Below, piece by piece: positions 11,038-22,709 of a DNA stretch of 64,000 bases (the first letter of the stretch is position 1; the number at the start of each line of letters is the position of its first letter). The notes beneath the pieces are model-generated. The model was not told the origin of the DNA and did no database searches. It was given only the letters and a program-made list of their open reading frames with translations. This DNA comes from Octopus bimaculoides (lineage: Eukaryota): contig NC_068988.1 of the NCBI RefSeq assembly GCF_001194135.2, forward strand, positions 29,489,168 through 29,553,167. The letters are read 5' to 3'. Position numbers and translations under genes: made by a program.

Positions 11038-11745
11038 NNNNNNNNNNNNNNNNNNNNNNNNNNNNNNNNNNNNNNNNNNNNNNNNNNNNNNNNNNNNNNN
11101 NNNNNNNNNNNNNNNNNNNNNNNNNNNNNNNNNNNNNNNNNNNNNNNNNNNNNNNNNNNNNNNNNNNNNNNNNNNNNNNNNNNNNNNNNNNNNNNNNNNN
11201 NNNNNNNNNNNNNNNNNNNNNNNNNNNNNNNNNNNNNNNNNNNNNNNNNNNNNNNNNNNNNNNNNNNNNNNNNNNNNNNNNNNNNNNNNNNNNNNNNNNN
11301 NNNNNNNNNNNNNNNNNNNNNNNNNNNNNNNNNNNNNNNNNNNNNNNNNNNNNNNNNNNNNNNNNNNNNNNNNNNNNNNNNNNNNNNNNNNNNNNNNNNN
11401 NNNNNNNNNNNNNNNNNNNNNNNNNNNNNNNNNNNNNNNNNNNNNNNNNNNNNNNNNNNNNNNNNNNNNNNNNNNNNNNNNNNNNNNNNNNNNNNNNNNN
11501 NNNNNNNNNNNNNNNNNNNNNNNNNNNNNNNNNNNNNNNNNNNNNNNNNNNNNNNNNNNNNNNNNNNNNNNNNNNNNNNNNNNNNNNNNNNNNNNNNNNN
11601 NNNNNNNNNNNNNNNNNNNNNNNNNNNNNNNNNNNNNNNNNNNNNNNNNNNNNNNNNNNNNNNNNNNNNNNNNNNNNNNNNNNNNNNNNNNNNNNNNNNN
11701 NNNNNNNNNNNNNNNNNNNNNNNNNNNNNNNNNNNNNNNNNNNNN
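11038..11745. other. Assembly gap (N run)
   Basis: Ns. Confidence 1.
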
Positions 11746-11985
11746 ATAAATTGTAAATGCAAAAATAAAAAACAAAAACACAAAGGATTCTGTGGTACAC
11801 GTGTTTCAAGCTTTATAGTTTTATAGTTGTTACATCAGTGTATAATTGACAATATAAAGCTATCTTCAGCCGCAAATGTATGTATTCTCTCCCAAGAATT
11901 ATATCACATAGGCGTTAAAGGAGATGTACTCTCAAAGACCACAAAGCTAACTTCAAAGTCTTTATGCAATGTATAAGTTGTCACC

Positions 11986-12140
11986 ACTGCTGCTGCTATG
12001 GTTGTTGTTGTTGTTGTTGTTGTTGTTCTTGTTCTTCTTCTTCTTCTTCTTCTTCTTCTTCTTCTTCTTCTTCTTCTTCTTCTTCTTCTTCTTCTTCTTC
12101 TTCTTCTTCTTCTTCTTCTTCTTCTTCTTCTTCATCATCA
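11986..12140. repeat. Compound trinucleotide microsatellite (CTG)-(GTT)-(CTT)-(CAT)
   Basis: Directly visible; long pure (TTC)n at about 12030-12133. Confidence 0.95.
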
Positions 12141-12353
12141 AGGTGGCGAGCTGGCAGAATTGTTAGAACGTTGGACGAAATACTTAGTGGTATTTCATTC
12201 ATTGCTACATACTGAGTTCAAATTCCACCGAGGTCAACTTTACCTTTCATTCTTTCGAGGTTCATAAATCAAGTACCAGTGAAATACTGGGGTTGATGTA
12301 ATCAACTAGCCTCTTCCACCAAAATTTCAGGCCTTGTGCCTATAGTAGAAAGG

Positions 12354-12402
<49 letters not shown>
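12141..12402 (+). mobile_element. SINE family B with (ATT)n tail
   Basis: ggtggcgagctggcagaattgttag, gagttcaaattcc, ttgtgcctatagtagaaagg followed by (ATT)n. Confidence 0.9.
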
Positions 12403-12403
<1 letters not shown>

Positions 12404-12469
12404 ACCCATGTTTAATAATATGACAGACATACACTATATTTTGTTTCACCATGAGTGTTCTAAGAGTTC

Positions 12470-12660
12470 ATGAGCAATTACTGCTCCAGAATCTTCCATG
12501 TCTCGACCATAGTTTTGGAAGGATGTTCATAGTTCATCATCCCAAGAGTCAGTTCCTAGAAGATAACTTGTCTGCAGGCATATAATAACAAGATGAGTGA
12601 CACTCCATTGCATTACTTCAGGGTTGCACAGCATTTAAGCGGTTGTACAAAATTATATTT
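12470..12660 (+). repeat. Unclassified repeat F, copy 1
   Basis: gaccatagttttggaaggatgttca...caagatgagtgacactcca...gttgtacaaaat is shared with 13510-13680. Confidence 0.65.
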
Positions 12661-13509
12661 TAACATGAATAGCTTTAAATGTATTATGAATTTACAATGA
12701 AGGCCTGAGATAAATGAGCTCATCAAATATGTACATATGCAAAAGAGATTAAAATAATTTTGTTAAATGGCTCTGAGGTAAAACTTCAAGACCAGATGGT
12801 TTTCTAGCTTCATTATTTAAGCATATAATACCAATATTGCCTAACTATTGCAGCTTCTATATACTTAGAAAAATGGATAGATAATTTATCTGAAACATCT
12901 GTAATTTGGTTCAAGAGCTTTGTGATCTTCGAGAATATATTTCTATGTTTAGAAGCATTGAAAATAAACTTTTATATATTCATTTTATTTCTGCTTTCTT
13001 TGATTCTATAATTTCACAAAGACTGAAACTCCAAAGTGCCAAGTTAACTTGTCTCTTTCTTTTTCAACTTCAATAGAATCTTCTGGAAGTTCTCTTTTAT
13101 TTTGATATTTTCTATTTCTAAAATTCTATTTAATTTTGATATATGTCTTGTGGATTTAGTTGGTACTTCTTTAAAAAAGTTAAAATCAAAAAAGCATATT
13201 CAGATTTACAAGAAATTTTTTTCAACAATGACACGAAATGGAACAAGCATAGTACGTTAAAATTGGAAAGCGAAATCAATCAAAGAAGCTATGTACTTAA
13301 GTTCTAAATGAAATAACATTGATTGCAGTATAAATTTATCATCAGAACTTATTTAATTATTTATGCCTGTGTGATATTCCAACTTACAAAGCTGAAAAGA
13401 ACTAAAAATTCCCATTTAAATTATGCTATAAACTTGTGTTGGCTATGACTATGGATGTACCATATCTCTTCTTTCATCATCATTGTGCTAAGTCTATGTG
13501 TTAACTACT

Positions 13510-13680
13510 GCACCAACATCCACCACCAGGGTCTTGACCATGGTTTTGGATGGATGCTCAGCTTCTCATTGGTCAGTACCCAGATGATTACTTGATTGCA
13601 GAATTGTAATTGCAAGATGAGTGATACTCCAGTGAATTATATCAGGTGTGTAGAACATTTAATTGGTTATACAAAATGGT
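13510..13680 (+). repeat. Unclassified repeat F, copy 2
   Basis: gaccatggttttggatggatgctca...caagatgagtgatactcca...gttatacaaaat. Confidence 0.65.
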
Positions 13681-14204
13681 CATCTCTTAACATCCAAGAT
13701 CTGTGTCTCTGTTCTTTAATGTACCAACAAAAATATAAGGTTTATATATGTTGGAGTTCTTTAAAAATTGCAGACCATAATTAACAAAGCTAATGATGAG
13801 TGCTGACTGGGAAATATTGTCAGCTTTAATATTTTCATCACCTCAGCTCAAAGTTCACTTGTAATAAATGACAATGATGCTTTCAGGAAAGTAGGAGACA
13901 TTTTGTCTCAGCTTTTTTGGTGCTGCCTATTTTGATGCAGACTTATTTGGCACTAGATGTTTAAGTGTTTCATTTGTTCTTTCCTTCTGTCTGTCTGTCT
14001 CTCTCTCTGTCTCTCTGTCTCTCTCTTTCTTAAGAAAGTTAAAGTGTTTATGTCAACTGTGCTCAATCAATACAGTGTAATGTCTCTCTCTCTCCTTCTC
14101 TCGCTCTCTCTCCTTCTCTCTCTCTCTCTCACTCTTTCTAAGTATATGCATATATTTCTGCACTCGTGTGTGTGTGTGCTTTTGCCTCCAGCACTTAAAC
14201 GCAC

Positions 14205-14391
14205 TATTGTCGAAATAGGTTGAATGTCCAGTCAGCTGTGCCAAATCATTAGCATCCAGAGAACTGCACCCAATCAATTGTCTCGTTGCATTTCTAGAAT
14301 CATCAGAAGTGTTTATCTCACTTGAAAGATCAAACAGATGCTGAGGATTCATTTTAGGATCTGAGCAGAGAATCAAACCTACTGTTTTCTA
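14205..14391 (-). CDS. Candidate coding exon, product unknown
   Basis: About 60 open codons (KTVGLILCSDPKMNPQHLFDLSSEINTSDDSRNATRQLIGCSSLDANDLAQLTGHSTYFDN) in a non-repetitive, GC-elevated island; acceptor gagttttag, possible donor A/GTGCGT. Confidence 0.4.
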
Positions 14392-14624
14392 AAACTCTTT
14401 GCTTCTGTCACAGTATCTAATTATATCCCTTTTATTGGAACTGACACAAATGTATAACAAGAAATAAACAAACATAATTATGACTATATATGGATATAGA
14501 CTGGTTTTAAAAGAAATGTATTTCTTCATTATGAAAGTTATTCAAAGCCTAAAAGAAAGATTTTCATAACTAGTGGAATCATTGTCATTGGCAGCAGCAG
14601 TGGTGGCATTGGCATCATTGGCAT

Positions 14625-14850
14625 TGTCCTTTAACATCCACTTTTCCATACCCACATGGGCTGGCTGGAATTTGTCCAGGCAGATTTTTCTGTGGTAGTG
14701 TGCCCTTCCTACTAACTGTCACTTCTTTCCAAGTAAGCTGTTATTTCTCCATGATCAGACATGTTTTTGTTGAAGACTGGAAACAAAGGACACTTCTTGC
14801 ATGATAATGATGCTAGTTTATAACTATCACGAAACTGCAAGGCATGGGAA
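14625..14850 (-). mobile_element. Second LINE/SINE 3'-end family (H)
   Basis: tttaacatccactttccat...aggcagattttt...tttccaag...gccagacatg is shared with 16140, 18175 and 47245. Confidence 0.65.
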
Positions 14851-14859
14851 CAGTAACAC

Positions 14860-15195
14860 ATGCTGAAATATGACAAGACTCCTGGAGAGGAGGAAATTCA
14901 GTTTGAGATGTTGAAGACCTTAAATAGTGAAAGTATTCTCTGGCTGACTTGTGTACATCACATGGCTTGGACCTCTGTAAAGATACCAAAGCAATGGCAT
15001 TCTGAAGCGGTCATCTCAATTTTTAAAAAGGGAAATGAGTGAGTGCTCTAATTATAGGGTAATCGTTTTGTTGAATCTCTCCAGTAAAGTCTACATCACA
15101 TATCTGGAAAAGAATTGTAAAGATATTGTTAAGCCCAAACTAGCTGAAGGATGGTGTGGCTTTCATGCTGGACACTGCACTATCAACCAAATATA
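14860..15195 (+). mobile_element. RTE-clade LINE reverse transcriptase N-terminal fragment
   Basis: LKYDKTPGEEEIQFEMLK...IPKQWHSEAVISIFKKG / CSNYRVIVLLNLSSKVY...CGFHAGHCTINQI matches the KAxGxDxI, PIFKKG, NYRGISLL and QCGFR motifs; frameshifted. Confidence 0.85.
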
Positions 15196-16139
15196 AAAGT
15201 TTTATTAATGAAAACAAAAATATCTAAATTTTAAATTGATCTTTTAAATAAGTAGAAAGTTAGAAAAATAAATTTTATAGAAATGTTAGTTAAAAATGCT
15301 AATTATTACCGGAGGAAGATTTCCATCCAATAGTCATTTGATCTGAATTACTTTCTTGAGGCTTAGACTCTTTTAGTTAAACAAATCAGTCTTTCCATTA
15401 AATTGTTACTGTTTAGACCTATTCTAAATCTTCGTTCTTCTCTAATTTTTCAGTAATTCAAATTATTATAAATCAATAAATTTTTAATTTGTTGCCAACT
15501 TTTTATTCAATGCTGTATGACTTGAGGCAAGAATTTTTTTCAATGTTTCAAATCATGACAAAATATTGAAATTGTTTTATGAGCTCTAAATATTTTATCT
15601 TTTCAGGTATAATTACCTCTTTGCTATTAATGTTTCCTGCCTTTTGAAAATTGAGTCTGCTGATTCTTATTAGATATTCCAATCACGAGTTAAATATACA
15701 GGCCATTATAAAATTTAAATATGCTCTTCATTTGATAAAAGTCTCTATTATTGATTAACATATTCTACTGCCTGTAAAAGCTATCGATATCATAGCATGT
15801 GGTTGAAATCTCTGGTGCGATTTACATGAACATTGTCTTGCAATTTATATGAGTTTTGTCTTTGTATGTTTGAAGTAAAAAAAGTAATGTTAGAACATAG
15901 TATATATATTTTAATATTTTTGAGAGACTAATATATTTGAAAGACTATCCATAAAAATAGTCTTGGGTGTAACCATTTGAAGAGTTTGATTGTTATTTTA
16001 GAGAAAAGTACTTAAGGAAGACAAATTAAGTTTTGTTATAATTTCATTTTTAATTAGTTTCTTGTAGTCTCCATATAATATCAATTTGTCAACATTATTT
16101 TGTTAACATCTGGCATTTTTAGCTAATTATCACTATCAT

Positions 16140-16345
16140 AGTTTAATATCCACTTTTCAATGCTTGGATAGGATTTATTGTAGCAACTTTTCTCCAGTTT
16201 GGTACCTTTGTATAGCCAAGCCCTACCTGTTTCCTATCATGGTGGTAATATTTCCTCATTGCAGGTTATGTTTTCACAGAATATTGGAAATTAACGACTC
16301 TGCTTGTATAACAGTGACACTCATAATTATCACACTATATTATGA
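16140..16345 (-). mobile_element. Family H 3' end
   Basis: gtttaatatccacttttcaatgcttgg...gtaatatttcctcattg...gaatattggaaat. Confidence 0.55.
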
Positions 16346-16380
16346 CAAATAGAACCTAAACATGGGCACACTCACCTCTA

Positions 16381-16414
<34 letters not shown>

Positions 16415-16446
16415 TGTATATATGCACACGTGCTTGTGTAGATTTG

Positions 16447-16670
16447 TCAAGCCAAGTGAGATCGTAGTCGTGGCCAATGCCAGTGTAAAAAAGCACCCAC
16501 TACACCTTCGGAGTGGTTGGCATTAGGAAGAGCGTCCAACCGTAGAAACCTTACCAAATCAGACTGGAACTTGGTGCAGCTCCCCGGCTTACCAGTTTTC
16601 AGTCAAACCGTCCAACCCATGTCAGCATGGAAAACGGACGTTAAACAATGATGATAATGATGATGATGAT
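16447..16670 (+). mobile_element. 5'-truncated RTE LINE: last codons (QAK*) plus family R 3' UTR
   Basis: caagccaagtgagatcgtagtcgtggccaatgccagt...catggaaaacggacgttaaac followed by (GAT)n. Confidence 0.85.
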
Positions 16671-16679
16671 TACACACAC

Positions 16680-16830
16680 ACGCAACAGGTTTCTTTCACT
16701 TTTTGTCTACCAGACTCACTTACAAGGCTTTGGTTGGCCCTGGGCTAAGATACTTGCTCAAGGTATTGTGTAGTGAGACTGAACTCAGAACATTGTGGTT
16801 GGAAAGCAAGCTTCTTAACCACAGGACTGT
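16680..16830 (-). mobile_element. SINE family A, 5' half
   Basis: Reverse complement of the head: cacttacaaggctttggttgg...tacttgctcaagg...aagcttcttaaccac. Confidence 0.8.
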
Positions 16831-16852
16831 GTCTGTGACTATTAATAACATC

Positions 16853-17145
16853 ATCATCATTATCATCATCGTTTAACGTCTGTTTTCCATGCTGGCATGG
16901 GTTGGACGGTTTGACTGAGGTCTGGAAAGCCAGCAGCCACACCAGGCTCCAATCTGATCTGGCAATGTTTCTACAGCTAGATGCCCTTCCTAACACCAAC
17001 CACTCTGAGAGTGTAGTGGGTGCTCTTTACATGCCACCGGCACAGGAGCCAGTCAGGTGGGCTTGGCATCGATCACGTTCAGATAGTGCTTTTTATGTGC
17101 CACCAGCATGGGAACCAGTCAGTGGGGGACTGGCATCGGCCATGT
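16853..17145 (-). mobile_element. Family R 3' end with two tandem units
   Basis: (ATC)n then gtttaacgtctgttttccatgctggcatgggttggacgg. Confidence 0.9.
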
Positions 17146-18174
17146 TTTGGATTTTGAAAATTTCATGCTCAGAAAATAGAGGCACAATAACTAATGAAAC
17201 ATAGTGACTGTAAAGTTAAGTTGTTGAACAATTGGTTATATGCAATGAATTCAGATGTTTAACTCGCTGTTGTAGTATGCTTCCGGATAAGGTTTGCCTG
17301 ACTGACAGAAACCGATTTGTATTCCTTATTTGTGAATTGGGTGGCCAATAGTGTGAAGAATATAAAGTAAGTTGTAGAAGCGATTGTTTCAATGCAAAAC
17401 CACCTAATTCTTGGGAAACTTAATGTAAAAGAAAAGTTAAAAATGAAAAGTTAAAATGAAGTATTTTATGTGCTTAATCATTAAAATATTAATCCAAACC
17501 TTTAAAACAATATTGAAAATACTTGATAATTTCATTATTGCTGGATGGTTTCCTAGACAATTTTATTATTAATTGTTATTAAAAGTCGATCATAAATTTA
17601 ATTTCATTGCTGCTTGTTAATAATTTAGTGATATATATATAGAAAATATTTATAAGCTATTAATGCTCTTCGAGTTACTTCACTTAGAAGAGTATTCATG
17701 TATTGCCTGTATAGTTTCTGAATCAATTCCTATGTGGCATGCTTTACATATGAATGTTTTGGTTGGTCTGTTAGATAACTGAAAGAGAATATTGAAATAT
17801 GACATAGTATGTTACTGAACAACGTATCTATGGCTTAATGAATTAAACTTTCTTCTGCAACATTCGTATTATTGTGACAGAGTCATTGGTTCAATGATGT
17901 AAAGACACCAAACTAGAAGCTTAGCCATATTTTGATCCAGACCTCTCAGTCTGTGTCCAAATTCTATGAAGGTTGCTTTCTGTTTTCATCTCTCTCAGTT
18001 CAATAAAATGTGTAATAAACTGGAATTGATTCAGTTGACTATGCTACTCCCTTTGTAAAACTGGCTGCTGCTGCTACTACCACCAGCACCACCAGCACCA
18101 GCACCACCAGCACCAGCACCACCACCACCACCACCACCATCATCATCGTCGTTGTTGTTGTCATCATCATCATC

Positions 18175-18390
18175 ATGTTGACAGTCACTTTTCCCTGCTT
18201 CCATGGGTTGGATAGAGTTTATTTAGGCAGATTTTCTACAGCCAGATGCCCTGCCTGTTGCTGACCATTACTCGTTTCCAAGCGGAGTAATATTTCCCCA
18301 TGGCCAGACATATTTTTGCAGGATATTGGAAATGAATGGTGCTCATTTACAACGGTCAGGCAATGTCAAGACAGAGATACAAACATATAC
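18175..18390 (-). mobile_element. Family H 3' end preceded by a compound microsatellite (18062-18177)
   Basis: cttccatgggttggatagagtttatttaggcagattttc...ccatggccagacat. Confidence 0.7.
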
Positions 18391-18855
18391 TGTCTCCTCT
18401 TTCTCTCTTTCTCTCTCACACACACACATACACGCGCATGCACACACACACACACATACATACACTCACACGCAAGCACACACACAAACATGCGCACGTG
18501 TGTGTGCATGTATACAACAAGCTTCTTTCAGTTTCTGTGTTCTAAATCCACTCACAAGCCTTGTGTGTAAATAACAAGGCAAACAATATAACAGCAAGAC
18601 AACAGCTTGCTTTAAAATGTGTGTTTACTTTTCAAAGCCATGCCCAGCACAAGTACATGCACATATAGATTTGTTGTGTATTTATTGTATAAGACATCAG
18701 CACTACCTTTTCTTTGTAGACCAATTTTAGTTTTAAAATACTCTTTTTTCATTGGTTGAAGTCCAACATGAAGTTTGTGTAAGTCTTACACTCCTCTGCC
18801 TCCATTTCTTATTTTTTGTGTCATGTCATTATTCTTATATCTTTTACTTGATTAG

Positions 18856-18985
18856 TGTGGAGGTGCAATGGCCCAGTGGTTAGGGCAGTGGACTCACGGT
18901 CATAGGATTGTGGTTTTGATTCCCAGACCGGGCGTTGTGAGTGTTTATTGAGTGAAAACACCTAAATCTCCACAAGGCTCCTGTA
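18856..18985 (+). mobile_element. tRNA-derived SINE family C head
   Basis: ggaggtgcaatggcccagtggttagg (A-box), ggttttgattccc (B-box-like), ccgggcgttgtgagtgtttattgag. Confidence 0.8.
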
Positions 18986-19007
18986 CTCTTTCACCAATTT
19001 TTCCCCT

Positions 19008-19375
19008 CACCAACCACATGGTTCTGGGTTCAGTCACACTGCGTGGCCTCTTGGGCAAGTGTCTACTACTATAGCCTCGGGCCGACCAAAGCCTTGTGAG
19101 TGGATTTGGTAGATGGAAACTGAAAGAAGCCTGTCATATATATGTATATGTATGTGTGTGTGTGTGTATGTTTGTGTGTCTGTGTTTGTCTCCCTAGCAT
19201 TGCTCGACAACCGATGCTGGTGTGTTTATGTCCCCATCACTTAGCAGTTCAGCAAAAGAGACCGATAGAATAAGTACTAGGCTTACAAAGAATAACTCCC
19301 AGGAGTCGATTTGCTCGACTAAAGGCAGTGCTCCAGCATGGTTGCAGTCAAATGACTGAAACAAGTAAAGAGGAA
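19008..19375 (+). mobile_element. SINE family A, near full length
   Basis: B-box gggttcagtc, CORE-like ttgggcaagtgtc, internal TA/TG microsatellite, tail gcagtcaaatgactgaaacaag. Confidence 0.9.
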
Positions 19376-19399
19376 GAGTAAAGAATATTCACACACACA

Positions 19400-19510
19400 T
19401 GATAGGCTTCTTTCAGTTTCTGTTTACCAAATGCACTCGCTAGGCATTGGTCAGCTTTGAGCATACTAGAAGGCACTTGCTGAAGATGCCATGCAGTGGG
19501 ACTGAACCTG
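19400..19510 (-). mobile_element. SINE family A, 5' part, inverted to the preceding copy
   Basis: ggcttctttcagtttctgtttaccaaat...gacacttg-like...actgaacc. Confidence 0.75.
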
Positions 19511-19930
19511 TCACTGTAAACCAATATTGCTGCTTTCCTACTTAATTGGTTTATAGCAAAATGACCAGCAATGACAAGATAAAAAAGCTGTATGGCTACA
19601 TTGTCTCTAATTAACATTGGTGTACCGAGTACATTTAGATATTTAGGTGTAAAGATATTAGTACAATTCTTGCATGATAATTGACAGATTAAATTACAAA
19701 GTAAAACGATCCCTTGATGAAATATGCAAAGCTAAGATGAAAGTCATTATAAATCAAGCTTTAATTTACTAAAAGTTCCTCTGACACCTAGCAGAACTAT
19801 TGAAATAGTAGTTTACAAGAGTAATTATTGCAGCAATGGTAATTGGTTGTAATTGCCGAATCTTTCAGAAATTTAGCCATATTTACATGAAATTATTTCA
19901 TTCTTTCCTTCCAAAAATGTAAAACTATAT

Positions 19931-19932
<2 letters not shown>

Positions 19933-19965
<33 letters not shown>

Positions 19966-19976
19966 ACACACACACA

Positions 19977-20015
<39 letters not shown>

Positions 20016-20028
20016 ACACACACACACA

Positions 20029-20081
<53 letters not shown>

Positions 20082-20085
20082 CATA
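19933..20085. repeat. (CA)n microsatellite with recurring CC interruptions, then (TA)n
   Basis: Directly visible. Confidence 0.95.
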
Positions 20086-20184
20086 CAATATTTTTAGAAT
20101 ATCTCAAAATTTCAATATTTGAGTTTAATCCTATCTTATGATAGGTCTTTTGATATTTTTTCTTCTTTCTTTTCTTTTCAGTTT

Positions 20185-20470
20185 TTATTAGTTTCAGTCA
20201 TTAGACTGCAGCCATTCTGGAGCACCACCTTGAAGAATTTTTAGTCAAATGAATCCACACCAGTACTTTTTTATTAAAGCCTGGTACTTATTCTATCGGT
20301 ATCTTTTGCTGAACCGCTAAGTTATAGTTTGACAAAATTGGCTGGTACAATAAGTACAAGACTTACAAAGAATAAGTCCTGGGGTTGATTTGTTTGACTA
20401 AAACTTCTTAAGGTGGTGCTCCAGCATGGCTGCAGTCAAATGACTGAAACAAGTAAAAAAATAAAAGAGT
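20185..20470. mobile_element. Inverted pair of SINE family A 3' halves
   Basis: Minus copy 20185-20330 and plus copy 20345-20470: tttcagtcattagactgcagccattctggagcaccacc versus ggtggtgctccagcatggctgcagtcaaatgactgaaac. Confidence 0.85.
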
Positions 20471-22709
20471 AAAAGAATACCTCTTCATAAGAATCAAGGC
20501 TTGCCAGGTTATCATTCTCATTCCTAAAGTTGTTTTTGCAAGATGAGATGAAATGTCTCTGAGTTTCGGGATGTACACAATAAAGATCACATTAAATATA
20601 AGATGTCAGGTAGAATAGATTTCCATGGATGGAATTTTAGATTTTAGAGTAAACGTCATGGTTTTCCAGGTGACACCAACATAATATTCATTTCAGGTAG
20701 GGTAGTATGGGATTGAGAGGCTTGCTAGGGCACTTCTGTCATGCAAGAAAGACTTCAGTTTGGAAGACATGAAGGTGAGTTTTCAATCTGAGTGGACATA
20801 ACTGAAAATAGAAAATGATGTAGCCAAAGAAGACATGACAGTTTATGAAGAAATGTTGCAATGAGGAGAAGCAAAAGGAAATTGTGAATATTTATTAATG
20901 TCAGTCAACAGATGTTTGTTTCTTGTTAGTGGACCCATTAAATCAATGCTTATGTGATCAAAGAGACAGATTTAATTAACTGATGTGGTTTCTGGACAAT
21001 AGTATTGTAGATTTAGCTTTTGACAAATGTAACAACCAAAAAACAATTTATTTACATTTAATGTCATTTTACAAATGCAGAAGATTTTGTAGCTGAACAA
21101 ATTAGGTCAACTGCTTCAAGCCAGGGCAGCAGAGAAATTTGTGCAGTTCTAAAGAGGTTACCCTGTGAAACACTTCTCCAAAAATATGTGATAGAGTATT
21201 TCTTGAGAGCACGACGTAAATTTCAATCTCCAGTGTGATATTTTCTAATTCTTAATTTTACTTTTATGTGTTATGTCAAATATATAAGCTACAACTATGC
21301 TCGACTCTTTAATAAACAAAATAAGAAAAGCAGGACAAAATATTTTCAAAGATTATTTCTGTCACAAATTTTACCTGATACATGTACTTTTATTTTTATT
21401 CTTTTTCTTTTTTTAATTATTAAACTGTAGTAAATCCACTCATTGACTTAAACTTACAAAAGTTTTTAAAACAATTTGTCCATCATTCATAACAATGATG
21501 CTACTAATAATAATGAGGTTAACTGTCAATTAGTTATGTTAAAACCTTTTATCATTTAACGGCAATTTTTGTGGTTGATAAGACTACCGTGATTTTGTTT
21601 TTCTTATTTCTTTTCTTTGTATGACTCATGGCGCATGATTTTTGAATATGTTTTCAGTATCTTAATATTCTTTGCTCATCTTCAACTTCAAACATTGTGT
21701 ACATGAAATCTAGTAAGAAGCTGTTTAATTACAGGAAACCACTTTGCTTTTATTGTCCTATATATGTTGTGGGCTGATTATACACAGGAGTTTGTCAAGT
21801 GAATATCTGTTTGCCTATTGTATTTCTGATAACAACAGATTACACATAATCTAGTGTTTGTACGATAAGACAGACTATTTAACTAGATATTTTATTTTGA
21901 TGAAGTTTTGAATTTCAGACACCAACTGTTAATCTTTTTAAGTATATTCATAATTCAGTATCTCCCTAAAATTTAGATTCACAAAAAGTATCAAAATTTT
22001 AGTATGTTTACATTAATGTAGGAAAAGTATTGTGTTTGTTTGTAGATAACAATATGACTGTGACATTGTAGTGGAAACCAAGGAATGCTAAGAAATAGAA
22101 ACTTTGTAAATGTTTAAAAAGGCAAATGCCTTAAGCCATCACAAAATGAATATATAGAAACTAATAAGAATTAGAACTGATCTAATTTGGTTATTCGAAA
22201 AATAATATAACCCTTTGATGTTCATGCTGAATAGAATAAATCAACCCTGCTGCGATAGTCGGTGGATGAATATACAGAAATCTTTTATTAAGTTGATGCA
22301 GAGCTAAACAGATATTGGTTATTATGCAAAAGAAACACCGACTGTTGTTGCTAGTTATTATCATTGCGATGTTCTGTCTCAGAAGTTTTGTACTGAAATT
22401 GAATTTTGAATTACTGAATATACTTCAATATCTCCTTCAAAAGAAATTTATGATCAGCCTACAATTTGAAGGTTGGCTATGATTGCCTAATTTAGTTACT
22501 TATTCAGTCAAAACTGAGATTTTCATTTTGAAATAATAAATAGTGGCATCCACTTAAATGACTAACATTTAGAAGTGAAAGACGCCTAAATCAAATGAAA
22601 TTCTTTGAGAAAATCTGTTCAATAATTTTGTAAACAATAAAGATGAATGTAGAGTGAGGTGTCAGTCAGCATGATTATGAAATCTTATAATTGATGTAAT
22701 TAATATCTT

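Noticed and set aside
10898-11826. Long ORFs of 250-280 aa
   Set aside because: They are translations of the N gap.
11964-12267. Poly-S/L/F/E ORFs
   Set aside because: Translations of (GTT)/(CTT) microsatellites running into a SINE.
14295-14325. CTGATGA..GAAA hammerhead-like string on the minus strand
   Set aside because: No adequate stem II, stem III or NUH; it lies inside a candidate coding frame.
17222-17367. Plus-strand exon candidate EQLVICNEFRCLTRCCSMLPDK with GTAAGT donor
   Set aside because: Poor acceptor and an in-frame stop before the strong donor.
19873-20107. CV/HT-repeat ORFs (also 18316-18574, 22776-23081, 33979-34428, 47380-47759, 55824-56141, 59201-59969)
   Set aside because: Translations of CA, TA and ATAC microsatellites.
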